A stretch of 62,981 nt of DNA, counting the filler, from Octopus bimaculoides (Eukaryota): NCBI RefSeq assembly GCF_001194135.2. It is 7 parts of 5 records of this genome, joined end to end, with 100 filler letters (N's around TTAATTAATTAA, not from the genome) between each part and the next. Parts side by side here need not be neighbours in the genome. Positions count along the whole stretch, not along the records: positions 1 to 11,919 come from NC_068988.1; 6 more parts are not named here. One strand, 5' to 3'. Of this stretch, positions 1 through 11,590 are shown one piece after another. How positions within the stretch are numbered: position 1 is the first letter of the stretch; the number at the start of each line of letters is the position of its first letter. A program made the translations under genes and the position numbers. Under the pieces are notes generated by a model. That model ran no database searches. It was not told where the DNA came from and saw nothing but the letters and a program-made list of their open reading frames with translations.

Positions 1-918
1 ATATATAACTGAGATTCAGTTGAATTAGGTACTTAAGTTGGAGCACCAAGTCAGTCCAGTATTATCCTCACAGCTCGAAGTAAGGTGAATAAAATGAAAA
101 TAAGCAACAGGATATCAAGAAATGATGCAGTACGACCGTTTCAAGTGGCTCCATTTAATTGAACAATGCAATCATTACATCAATTTAAATGCAGTGCCAT
201 TTTCATATATGTATGTATGTATGTATGTATATATCTATGTGTGTGTGTTTGTCCCCCCCCCCCATCACCGCTTGACAACCTGTGTTGGTGTTTTTATGTC
301 CCTGTGACCTAGTGGTTTGGCAAGTGAGACTGATAAAATAAGTACTAGGCTTAAAAATAAATCTTGAGCTCAATTTGTTTGACTAAAACCCTCCACAGCA
401 GTGCTCCAGCATGGGTGCAGTCAAATGACTGTAAAACAAGTAAGAGAATAAACTAATAAAAGAATATCAACTCCAGTACTTGACTGGTATTTTTTTCTTT
501 TTATCAACTCCACAAAGATGAAGAGCAAAGTTGATCTTTGCAAAATTAAGTGTAAAGATAAAGAAGAAATAGTGCTTGCCATTTTGTCAAGCTCTCTAAC
601 AATTCTTAGCATGTTTGCATTGCGTCTCATTATGAATGTGGAACAGCTCAGTTAGTCTGATTCTCATGCAGAATCAGAGAGCGTATATTATTTATCAAAC
701 TTGTAATAGTTATCACCTAACTAATGCAGCCCTTGAATTTATACATTAAGATAATGGAAGAGAGCTGGGATGGTTCAAAATGGGAAAGGGGAAATAACAT
801 GTTATTTGCTTATCCGTCTTCCAGTTTCAATTTATTTATATATACATATGTATGTGTGCATGTACATGTGTATCTAATTTATATATATATATGTAGCTAA
901 TATGTAATATATATGTGT

Positions 919-959
<41 letters not shown>

Positions 960-1430
960 GATAGATAAATAGAGAGAGAGAGAGAGAGAGTACAAATAAG
1001 GTTAAGACAGTACTTAATACCAAGGAGAGAGAGTTACATATAATTGTAACAGCTGAACAGCTGGCATCTCACGTCTACTTTAGCCTAAAGCTAACTTTGG
1101 TGGATGGGGACTTTCCATATGTGTGTATGTGCATGCACTTGTTTGTGTGTATTCTCTCCATGTGTCTCTACATTGACACCACTTCATCTCAGGTGACGTA
1201 GTCTATGTCTCCTATAAACAAATTGTTCAACAGCAGCAGCTGTTCACCTTGCAAGCACATTGAATAAAACACCTTACTTATGAACGAGTAAGGGTTGCTC
1301 TCTTGAAGGGGATTTAACTAAAGGCTACTACCTCAAGAAGTCTTACAGAACTCATGCCAGTATGCAAAAAAAAAAAATGCATGCATGTAAAGAATACGAA
1401 AATGATGATGATGATGATATGTAGCATTTA

Positions 1431-1500
1431 CATGCACACACAGAGTTGTACATGCACACACAGGGTTGTACATGCACACACAGAGTTGTACATGCACACA
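1431..1500. repeat. 20-bp minisatellite (catgcacacacagagttgta), 3.5 copies
   Basis: Read directly. Confidence 0.9.
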
Positions 1501-2162
1501 TGTATATGTGCCCCCTAGATCAACAGTCTCAAACTATTTTTGCACTTCAAACTGGGAGCATAACAAAAGCATGAGCATAACAAAAGACAATTAAGTGCAT
1601 AACATATAACTTAATTATTAAACATATGATACGTTTATAAGAAGCTTGCTTCCCAAAGACATTGTTTTGGGTTCACTCCCATTGTGTGGCACCTTGGGCA
1701 AGTATCTTCTACTATAGCCTCAGGCTGACCAAAGCCGTGTGAGTGATGTGTCTTTCTGTCTGTGGTTGTCTCCACATCACAGCTTGATAACTGGTGTTGT
1801 GTGTTTACATCCCTGTAACTTAATGGTTGGGTAAAAGAGACTGATAGAATAAGTACTAGGCTTAAGAAATAAGTCCTGGGGTCGATTTGTTTGATTAAAA
1901 CCCTTGAAGGTGGTGCTCCAGCATGGCCGGAGTCAAATGACTGAAACAAGTAAAAGAATAAAAATTCTCATATCTTCCATCTCTCATTTACCATGCATAT
2001 GTAATACATGTGCCCAAGCTGGTGCCACATTATGAGCACCTCTGCTGATGCTATACAACAGCACCTGTGCTAATCACTGCCCTAAATATTCGAGTCCCTC
2101 AACACTGTCATTCATTCTGCTGGAAATAACAGCCAAATGTTTGTAAAATATCTCCCTCCTCC

Positions 2163-2520
2163 TCATCATCATCGTCGTTTAACATCCGCTTTCCATGCTA
2201 GCATGGGTTGGACGATTTGACTGAGGACTGGTGAAACCAGATGGCTATACCAGGCTCCAATCTGATTTGGCAGAGTTTCTACAGCTGGATGCCCTTCCTA
2301 ACGCCAACCACTCCGAGAGTGTAGTGGGTGCTTTTACATGCCACCGGCACAAAGGCCAGTCAGGCGGTACTGGCAACGGCCACGCTCAAAATGGTGTATT
2401 TTACGTGCCACCTTTACAGGAGCCAGTTCGGCGGCACTGGCAACGATCTCGCTCGAATGTCTTTACACGTGCCATCCGGCACAAGTGCCAGGAAGGCGAT
2501 GCTGGGCACAGGTGCCATTG
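2163..2520 (-). mobile_element. Same RTE-like family, 3' UTR copy
   Basis: Reverse complement of about 4980-5200; (CAT)n tail at 2163-2172. Confidence 0.8.
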
Positions 2521-2735
2521 ACGGTTTCCCCCATTATTAAAAAATAAAAAGCACATTGAATATATGTTAGTCCTAGATAGACTATGTTTCAATAAAAGAC
2601 ATACTTGCAGACAGACACAGATGGAAAGTCAATGACCACAGAGCTGCTCAATCAGGGCTTATGGAAAGATTGGTGGATGAGGCTTACATAACACAAAAAT
2701 AAAATCTATAATAATGCATCTTTTCTGTATTCCAG

Positions 2736-2922
2736 GTGATTCTGTTACTTGTACTGTTTATAATGCGGAAACGTATCTCATTGGCCATTGGGCTGTTCAC
2801 TGAAGCTGGGAAATGTCTCACAGATATGCCCATGTTGATTATTCAACCATTGTGGTCAGTTTTTATCCTCGTTATCTTCATTGTCTACTGGATTATCACC
2901 CTTGCCTACCTCTCCACTGCTG
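2736..2922 (+). CDS. SLC44A1: Choline transporter-like protein 1, internal exon (VILLLVLFIMRKRISLAIGLF...LAYLSTA-G)
   Basis: Acceptor ttccag|GTG at 2735/2736 and donor G|gtattt at 2922/2923 (phase 0 to 1). The peptide matches the human CTL1 segment [21 protein letters not shown]...YWIMTLLFLGTT as I recall it. Confidence 0.9.
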
Positions 2923-3786
2923 GTATTTATTTCTTCTTTTTCTTTTTCCATTATGATTTAGTGACGTTTTGTAACTCTTTTTTACAAATATATGTTTATT
3001 TCTTTCTCCCTCTCCCTCTGTCTTTCTCTTTATATGTATATAACTTATATGCCATCACATCATTATCAGTGTTTTTACATCCGTTTTTCCTGTTTTTGCA
3101 TGCAGCCAGCAGAATTTTGTTGAGGCAAATTTTCTGTGGCTTTTCTATGATCCTTTTTGTGACCAACCCTTACCTGTTTCCAAGTAAGGTAATATTTCTC
3201 CATAATCAGAGATGTTTCCGCAGAAGATAAGGAGTAAATGATACTGCTTATATGACAGTGACACTGATATATATATAAGCAATGTCAAGGTAAGGAGACA
3301 ATAACACACGTGCATGCGTGTGCACGCACAACACACAGAAGATGGGATTCTTTCAGTTTCCATCTATCAAATCTACCCACTCACAAAGCTGGGGCTATAA
3401 CAGAAGACACTTACCCAAAGTGGGATTGAACCATGTGATTGGAAAGCAAACACTTTACCACACAGCCACACCTGCACCTAGCCAGGATGACATATATATA
3501 TATAATGAATCAGTTTAAGGAAAACAGAAAATATCCAATTTTTTATTATGCAGTCATTTATGTTCTTTTTTTCACCTACATAACATTTCTGCCACTCTCA
3601 AGCTGCATCTTCTGTATCTTTTAGTGCATTATGATACTACAATCCATCAAGGGCTTCATGAGGGCATTTTGACTACTGGGAAATTACAAAGTATAGATAA
3701 ACCAACCAACTGAAGGTACATAAGCTTACGAACCCTAACCCGCATTATCTATTGGTAGAAGTGCAGATTAGTACCTACTTAGATTA

Positions 3787-4213
3787 GGTGCAGGAGTGGC
3801 TGTGTGGTAAGTAGCTTGCTTACCAACCACATGGTTCCGGATTCAATCCCACTGCGGGGTACCTTGGGCAAGTGTCTTCTACTATAGCCTCAAGCCGACC
3901 AAAGCCTTGTAAGTGGATTTGGTACACAGAAACTGAAAGAAGCCTGTCATATATGTGCGTTTGTGTTTGTGTGTGTGTGTGCGTGTGTGTTAGTGTGTGT
4001 GTATGTGTGTGTGTGTGTGTGTGTGTGTTTGTTCCCCACCATCGCTTGACAACTAATGCTCGTGTGTTTATGTCCCCATAACTTAGTGGTCTTGCAAAAG
4101 AGACCAATAGAATAAGTTTTAGGCTTACAAAGAGTAAGCCCTGGGGTTGATTTGTTCAACTAAAAGTGGTGCTCCAGCAAGGCCGCAGTCAAATGACTGA
4201 AACAATAAAAGAA
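3787..4213 (+). repeat. Full-length tRNA-type SINE (family B) with an internal (TG)n microsatellite
   Basis: A-box-like tggctgtgtgg, B-box-like attcaatccc, core caccttgggcaagtgtcttc, end gccgcagtcaaatgactgaaac. Other copies near 240-455, 1640-1965, 17110-17570 (-), 40006-40320, 41290-41661 (-) and 47853-48095. Confidence 0.85.
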
Positions 4214-4233
4214 TATATATATATATATATATA

Positions 4234-5201
4234 TACCTTGAGAGAAAAGTTGGACCTAAGAAGCATCAGATGTGGTNNNNNNNNNNATACCTTGAGAGAA
4301 AAGTTGGACCTAAGAAGCATCAGATGTGGTGTGCAAGAGAGACGACTGTGCTGGTATGGTCATGTGGCGAGAATGGATGAAGATAGTTGTGTGCAAAAGT
4401 GTCACATCCTAGCAGTTGAGGGAACCTTTGGAAGAGGTAGACCCAGGAAGACCTGGGATGAGGTGGTGAAGCACGACCTTCGAACATTAGGCCTCACCAA
4501 GGCAATGACTAGTGACTGAAACCTTTGGAAATATGCTATGCGTGAGAAGACCTGGCATGCCAAGTGAGACCATAACCCGTGGCCTGTGCCAGGGGTGTAA
4601 CCAGCCCACTTATGCGTACTTTTCTTTCATTGGACACTAAACTCTGCTTGTGAAAACCTGTTGAGGCAAGTGAAATAGAAATTGAATCAAATTCGATGAC
4701 TGGCACCCGTGTCAGTGGAGTACTAAGTACACCATCTGAGCATGATCATTGCCAGAGCAGCTGTCTGGCTTCTGTGCCAGTGGCACGTAAATAGCACCAT
4801 TTGAGCGTGACCGTTACCAGCATCGTCTTACTAGTACTTGTGCCAGTGGCATGTGAAAAAAAAACATTCAAGTGAGGTCGTTGCCAGTGCCACTGGACTG
4901 GCTCCTGTGCAGGTGGGAAAATGCTTAGTAGCATTTCGTCCATCTTTACATTCTGAGCTCATTTATACCTTGAGACCATTTGAGCATGACCGTTGCCAGT
5001 ACCGCCTGACTGACCCTCGTGCCAGTGGCACGTAAAAGCACCCACTACACTCTCGGAGTGGTTGGCGTTAGGAAGGGCATCCAGCTGTAGAAACTCTGCC
5101 AGATCAGATTGGAGCCTGGTGCAGCCATCTTGTTCACCAGTCCTCAGGCAAATTGTCCAACCCATGCTAGCATGGAAGCAGACGTTAAATGATGATGATG
5201 A
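4234..5201 (+). mobile_element. RTE-like LINE 3' end with long 3' UTR and (GAT)n tail
   Basis: RRLCWYGHVARM...GRGRPRKTWDEVV is the RTE ORF C-terminus; the UTR ends in gacgttaaatgatgatgatg. Confidence 0.8.
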
Positions 5202-5460
5202 TATATGTATGTATTTACATATGTATGTGTATCTGTCTGTATGTCTGTCTTTATGTCTCCTTGTCTTCACTTTATGTGATAGTTGTAAAACAAGTGTCAC
5301 TGTCATACAAGCAGTGTCCTTCATTTCCAATCTGAAAACATGTTCAGCTGTGAAGTAAGTTCCAGTTAAGCACTGAGGTCACTGTAATTGACTGCATACT
5401 TCCCCAAAATTTCAGGACTTTGCCTATAAAAGAAAGGATTATCATTATTAGGAATTATTA

Positions 5461-5696
5461 TTTTGCTTTGGCTCCAGTTCAGTCTTATTCCTGGCAGGAT
5501 TTATATCGGTAGTGGGTTACTACCTGTAACCTTAGGTATCCACAAGTTTTCAGCTGTCTTTCAAGTGCTTAGAACCCTACTGATAATCCTTGCTGTCCCT
5601 AAGAGACAAACTTGTTGTAGGAGTTCTACCGGGCATTCTATTTCAGACTCCTCCAGTCATTTGTCTATATCTTTGCTTACTATTCCCAACATACTA
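5461..5696 (-). mobile_element. R4/Dong-like family B 3' end (distinct 3' UTR)
   Basis: Minus-strand MLGIVSKDIDK*LEESEIECPVELLQQVCLLGTARIISRVLST* is paralogous to the family A C-terminus; AAT-type repeats on both flanks. Confidence 0.7.
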
Positions 5697-5714
5697 ATTA
5701 TTATTATTATTGTT

Positions 5715-5760
5715 CAGTAGTTTCATTTTTATAACGTGCTTTCACTTCACTACCGAGCGC
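5715..5760 (-). mobile_element. R4/Dong-like family A, last 46 bp of the 3' UTR
   Basis: Reverse complement gcgctcggtagtgaagtgaaagcacgttataaaaatgaaactactg matches the ends of the three other copies; embedded in (ATT)n. Confidence 0.85.
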
Positions 5761-5867
5761 ATATTATTATTATTATTATTATTATTGTTATTATTATTAT
5801 TATTATTATTATTAATTTCAATTATTATTATTGTTTGTTAATTTATGATGTTTTTTGAAATTTTCAG

Positions 5868-6033
5868 AAATTCCTGAATCAAATGATGCAGGGTTTGTCA
5901 CTTACAAGGAACATGCATATGTGTCCTATCTTTGGTGGTACCATGTGATTGGGTTGATCTGGACAGGAGAATTCATTCTGGCATGTGAACAGTTGGTGAT
6001 ATCTGAAATAATAGCCACATGGTACTTTACAAG
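5868..6033 (+). CDS. SLC44A1: Choline transporter-like protein 1, internal exon (EIPESNDAGFVTYKEHAYVSYLWWYHVIGLIWTGEFILACEQLVISEIIATWYFTR)
   Basis: Acceptor ttttcag|AA and donor AG|gtcagt. The phase-1 start fits the previous exon. WWYHVxGLIWxxEFILAC is the CTL1 motif. Confidence 0.92.
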
Positions 6034-6120
6034 GTCAGTTCTCTTCAATAATTGCATGTGTGTGTGTTTGTGTGTGTGTTTGTCTCAACAAATCCAAGTC
6101 TTAATATCTTTCTCACTTAA

Positions 6121-7218
6121 GACAGTGAGCTGGCTGAATCATTAGCATGCTGGACTAATTGCTTAGCAGCATTTCATCTGTTTTTGTGTTCTGAGCTCAA
6201 ATTCCACTGAGGTCAACTTTGCCTTTCATCTTTGCGCAGTTGATGAAAAAGTACTAATTGAGCACTGGGATCGATAAAATAAGTACCAGATGAGCACTGG
6301 AGTCAATGTAATTGACTTACCTCTTCCCCCAAAATTGCTGGCCTTGTGCCAAAATTTGAAACTAGTATTGTTGTTGTTATGGTGATGAGCTGGCGAAATC
6401 ATTAGCATGCTGAGCAAAATGCTCAGCAAAATTTCATCCGTCTTTATGTTCTGAGTTAAAAATCCCACCATGGTTGACTTTGCTTTTTATTCTTTCAGTT
6501 TTGATAAAATAAGTACCAATTAAGTACTGGGGTTGATGTAATCGATTAAAATTGCTGGCCTTGTGCCACAAATTTGAAGCCATTATTATTAAGGTGGTGA
6601 GCTGTCAGAATCATTAGCATGCCAGGCAAACCGCTTAACAGCATTTCATCCATCTTTACATTCTGAGCTCAAATTCCACTGGGGTCAACTTTGCTCTCAT
6701 CTTTTTGGAGTTAATAAAAAAAAAAAATACCAGTTGAATACTGGGGTTGATGAAATTGACTTACCCCCTCCTCCAGAATTGCTGGCCTTATACCAAAATT
6801 TGAAATCATTATTACTAGTAGAATTATTATTAAGACAGTGAGCTGGCAGAATTGTTAGCACACCAGGCGAAATGCTTAGTGATATTTCATCTGCCACTGC
6901 GTTTTGAGTTCAAATTCCGCCGAGGTCGACTTTTCCTTTTATCCTTTCGGGGTTGATAAATTAAGTACCAGTTGAGTACTGGTGTCAATGTAATCAACTA
7001 GTTCCCTCCTCCAAAATTTCAGGCCTAGTGCCTTTAGTAGAAAGGATTATTATTATTATTATTAAGGTAGCGAGCTGGCAAAATCATTTGCATGCCAGGC
7101 AAAATTCTTAGCAGCATTATGTTGTGAATTCAAATTCCGCCAACGTCAACTTTTGCCTTTCATCTTTACAGGGTCAATAAATTAAGCACCAGTTGAGTAT
7201 GGGGTTAATGTAATCAAC
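6121..7218 (+). repeat. Head-to-tail array of at least 5 tRNA-type SINE (family A) copies
   Basis: Heads gagctggcagaat-like near 6127, 6386, 6599, 6840 and 7071, with B-box-like gagttcaaattcc and (ATT)n-type spacers; ends at a gap. Confidence 0.85.
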
Positions 7219-9054
7219 NNNNNNNNNNNNNNNNNNNNNNNNNNNNNNNNNNNNNNNNNNNNNNNNNNNNNNNNNNNNNNNNNNNNNNNNNNNNNNNNNN
7301 NNNNNNNNNNNNNNNNNNNNNNNNNNNNNNNNNNNNNNNNNNNNNNNNNNNNNNNNNNNNNNNNNNNNNNNNNNNNNNNNNNNNNNNNNNNNNNNNNNNN
7401 NNNNNNNNNNNNNNNNNNNNNNNNNNNNNNNNNNNNNNNNNNNNNNNNNNNNNNNNNNNNNNNNNNNNNNNNNNNNNNNNNNNNNNNNNNNNNNNNNNNN
7501 NNNNNNNNNNNNNNNNNNNNNNNNNNNNNNNNNNNNNNNNNNNNNNNNNNNNNNNNNNNNNNNNNNNNNNNNNNNNNNNNNNNNNNNNNNNNNNNNNNNN
7601 NNNNNNNNNNNNNNNNNNNNNNNNNNNNNNNNNNNNNNNNNNNNNNNNNNNNNNNNNNNNNNNNNNNNNNNNNNNNNNNNNNNNNNNNNNNNNNNNNNNN
7701 NNNNNNNNNNNNNNNNNNNNNNNNNNNNNNNNNNNNNNNNNNNNNNNNNNNNNNNNNNNNNNNNNNNNNNNNNNNNNNNNNNNNNNNNNNNNNNNNNNNN
7801 NNNNNNNNNNNNNNNNNNNNNNNNNNNNNNNNNNNNNNNNNNNNNNNNNNNNNNNNNNNNNNNNNNNNNNNNNNNNNNNNNNNNNNNNNNNNNNNNNNNN
7901 NNNNNNNNNNNNNNNNNNNNNNNNNNNNNNNNNNNNNNNNNNNNNNNNNNNNNNNNNNNNNNNNNNNNNNNNNNNNNNNNNNNNNNNNNNNNNNNNNNNN
8001 NNNNNNNNNNNNNNNNNNNNNNNNNNNNNNNNNNNNNNNNNNNNNNNNNNNNNNNNNNNNNNNNNNNNNNNNNNNNNNNNNNNNNNNNNNNNNNNNNNNN
8101 NNNNNNNNNNGGAGATGTTTATAATCATAAGCTATGATTATGATATAAAAAATAACACTGTGTAACGAAATAAAAAATTTTCTTTGTCTTTGGTCAGTGA
8201 GTGTTATTTCCTATTTACTTCTATCTAGAAATCAAAGGAAACAACAACTATTTCCTTCAAACTTTGCTTTTGTGACCTGGACATCAATGTTTTGAAACTG
8301 ACCTATTTTCCATTACATTTCAGACAGATTCAGCACTGAGTTGCTGAAGCAGAAATATCATTATAGCAAATATTCTGCTCAATACCACTGATTTGTTTGT
8401 CTGTTGCTTAACCTTAACCACATGTCCCTTAGTGGCTGTCAATATGTGGATCTCTAATCATTAACAGGAATAGTGGGGGGGGGGCATCATAGCCATGTGT
8501 TGAGAGGGATTCTTTGGGGTTTAAATAAATGTATCAAAAGCAAAGATTGAAGGAAATATTAGCTATTTTTGATATTTTGTAAGGGTAAGCAAACAGGACA
8601 GTTGCTACCCAATGACAAAAATCATGTTACACAGTGTAATTCATCAGATGAAAGTGCAGTAACCTATTTAATTATATATATATATATATATCTGTGCATA
8701 TGTATATTTGTGTGTGTGTGTGTGTGTGTGAAGCTATGTGGCCTACTGGTTAGGGGGTTAGGTTCATGACCATGTCATGGGTTCAATTCCTGCACTGGGT
8801 AGCCTATTGTATCTGCGATATGTAATGTTAGTGCGAATGAATGACAAAGCATAAATGAGCTGGGAAGGAAAGAGTGTACTAGAATGAAAAATGTGGTTGC
8901 AGAATCTTAGAATATTCTTAAATATTGAACCTGGGAAGGTACAGAACAAGTAGTAATTAAGTCTAGAAAAGTACAGGACAAGAAAAAAAAAATTAAATAA
9001 TGTTGCTGTGTGTCCCCTAGAAGTTGCTAGCTTTGTGACTAAATCAGAGACATC

Positions 9055-9290
9055 ATCTTCATCATCATCACCATTTAATGTCTGTTTGCCATACTAGCAT
9101 GAGTTTTAATGGCTTGACAGGAAGTGGCAAGGCCAGGGCCTGCACCAAGTTCCGTAGTTTGTTTTGGCTTGGTTTCTATAGCTAGATGGCCTTCCTAATG
9201 TTAACCACTCCACAAAGTGTACTGGGTGCTTTTTACAGACACCATCACAAGTGCTTTTTAAATGGCATCAGTACCTGCACTAATGGATTT
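9055..9290 (-). mobile_element. Same RTE-like family, older 3' UTR copy
   Basis: (CAT)n tail followed by the decayed ccatactagcatg...ccttcctaatg...gggtgctttttac motif. Confidence 0.7.
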
Positions 9291-10217
9291 TACACAACAC
9301 CTTGATTTTAGGATCTCGAGTCTGTTGTGGTGGGCAGATCTTCACAGGTACAATTATCAATATTATTAATAATGTGTACAGTAGTTGTGTAGAATAAGCA
9401 ATAGAGCACCAGAACTCTCATAATTTCAAGCTCAAATCTTGCTAGGATCAATTTTACTATCTGAGTGTGGATTAAATAAATACCACTTATTGAATGACAT
9501 TTTAGTTGAGTCTGAACTAATTAGAGCTATAGTCGTGCAAATTTGTAGAATTATACCATTGTAGCATTATACTAACATATCATTAGCTCCCTTGATGCCA
9601 ACCTGTATGAGACTGCTCCTGGTTCTATGATACAGACTTCTAAATTAATATCTTCCATCACAATTCCACGTTAATCTATGTTCCAAATGCTAGCTTATTA
9701 AGGACAAAGCCATTTTACTAAATTCTTTATTTTCAAAATTAACTTTCAATAGAAATATGATAACATAAGGGTTAAAGCAATGATGTAGCAGCTATTGGAA
9801 CTCAAGATCAAATTCATTGCAACAGTCGTTCCAGCTCTCTGTACCTTGAGTTTAGATTCCACTGGGATCAACTTCACCTTTCAGTTTTGATAAATAAAGT
9901 ACCAGTACTGTACTGGGGTCAGCTTCACCTTTCAGTTTTGATAAATAAAGTACCAGTATGGTACTGGGGTCATTTTTCCTCTTTCTCACTTTCTCTCACA
10001 CTCTTTCCCTATGTGAGACATCGGTTGTGTTCAGATTTTGGGAATGATGGGCTGGATATGTTTAAAATACCTAAGATTCTATAACTCATGACATGGTGTC
10101 TCCTGAGCATTTTGGGCATCATGTGTTTTGGAGTCCTGTAACTTCACTAGGAGTTTACGGCTTATTACTGGCATATCATTATGGTTTGTTTTTATTTATT
10201 TATTTATTTTGTGTCAG

Positions 10218-10333
10218 GTTCAAGAAATCAGAAAGTGAAGTTGCCAAGTTTTGTTTAAAATGTTGTATTTGCTGCCTGTGGTGTCTTGAAAAATGTTTGA
10301 AGTTCCTCAATGCTAATGCCTACACTGTTGTTG
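10218..10333 (+). CDS. SLC44A1: Choline transporter-like protein 1, internal exon (FKKSESEVAKFCLKCCICCLWCLEKCLKFLNANAYTVV)
   Basis: Acceptor gtgtcag|G and donor G|gtaagt. The Cys-rich CCICCLWCLEKxLxxLNxNAY motif is diagnostic of SLC44/CTL proteins. Confidence 0.92.
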
Positions 10334-10361
10334 GTAAGTGATATATATCTACATATATATG

Positions 10362-10706
10362 ATTGCGCTGGTTTGGACATGTGGTGAGAATGAATGAGGA
10401 TAGCTGCGTGAAAAAGTGCCACTCCCTAACAGTTGAGGGAACCCGTGGATGAGGTAGGCCCAGGAAGACCTGGGCTGAGGTGGTGAGGCAAGACCTTCGA
10501 ACATTGGGCCTCACCGAGGCGATGACTACTGACCTAGACCTTTGAAAATGTGCTGTGCGGGAGAAGACCCGGCAAGCCAAGTGAGATCGTTGCCAGGGCC
10601 CCTGGACTGGCTCTTGTGCGGGTGGCACATAAAAGACACCATTTCGAGCGTGGCCGTTTTCGTGCGGGTGACACGTAAAAGCACCCACTACACTCTCTGA
10701 GTGGTT
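10362..10706 (+). mobile_element. Same RTE-like family, ORF end plus UTR, running into a gap
   Basis: LRWFGHVVRMNEDSCVKKC...GRPRKTW starts about 30 bp after the CTL1 donor. Confidence 0.8.
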
Positions 10707-11063
10707 NNNNNNNNNNNNNNNNNNNNNNNNNNNNNNNNNNNNNNNNNNNNNNNNNNNNNNNNNNNNNNNNNNNNNNNNNNNNNNNNNNNNNNNNNNNNNN
10801 NNNNNNNNNNNNNNNNNNNNNNNNNNNNNNNNNNNNNNNNNNNNNNNNNNNNNNNNNNNNNNNNNNNNNNNNNNNNNNNNNNNNNNNNNNNNNNNNNNNN
10901 NNNNNNNNNNNNNNNNNNNNNNNNNNNNNNNNNNNNNNNNNNNNNNNNNNNNNNNNNNNNNNNNNNNNNNNNNNNNNNNNNNNNNNNNNNNNNNNNNNNN
11001 NNNNNNNNNNNGATATATATATATACACATATCCATCCATACTTACATGTATGTGTTTGTATG

Positions 11064-11101
<38 letters not shown>

Positions 11102-11106
<5 letters not shown>

Positions 11107-11350
11107 TCATCATCATTTAACATCCACTTTCATGATGGCATGGGTTAGACAGTTTGACTGGAACTGGTAAGACGGAGAGCTGCACTAGGTTCCGGTCTGA
11201 TTTGGCATGGTTTCTATGGTTGGATACTCTTCTTAATGCCAGCCACTCCAAGAGTGTAATGGGTGCTTTTTATATACCACCGGCTTACTAACACTGGCAA
11301 CAACAGCATCCACGACTACAGTTTCACGAGTGACATTTACATGACACTGG
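11102..11350 (-). mobile_element. Same RTE-like family, 3' UTR copy
   Basis: (CAT)n tail plus gccagccactccaagagtgtaatgggtgcttttt. Confidence 0.7.
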
Positions 11351-11422
11351 CAATGGCCAGAAGTGAGTGGACACACAAAAGAAAAGTGCACTCAATATAT
11401 TCAGTAGAGGTTACATATATAA

Positions 11423-11590
11423 TTTAAAACAGTTAGATTCAGGTCTATGTGACTTAAGGTTTTGCAGGGTCCTAACAGAAACCTGTCCCTTTCAGGCTTT
11501 AGATTGCCAAAGCCTGAAAGAGATAGGCTCCTGTTAACTTTAAGTCCTGTGAAACTTTAAATTGCATGGAACCAAATCAAACTGTTTAAA
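11423..11590. repeat. About 170-bp imperfect palindrome (MITE-like hairpin) in a CTL1 intron
   Basis: Perfect core ctttcaggcttt (11489-11500) / aaagcctgaaag (11509-11520); the arms extend with mostly transition mismatches. Confidence 0.7.

Noticed and set aside
2923-3230. 3' extension of the 164-aa ORF at 2736
   Set aside because: Homology stops at the GT donor at 2923; the rest is T-rich intron.
4233-4330. 44-bp direct repeat flanking a 10-N gap (similar case around 46922-46931)
   Set aside because: Typical unmerged contig overlap, not a biological duplication or target-site duplication.
6121-7218. Repeat-spacer periodicity resembling a CRISPR array, or tRNA genes from A/B boxes
   Set aside because: Units are about 230-bp SINEs in a eukaryotic intron; the heads do not form cloverleaves; no cas genes.
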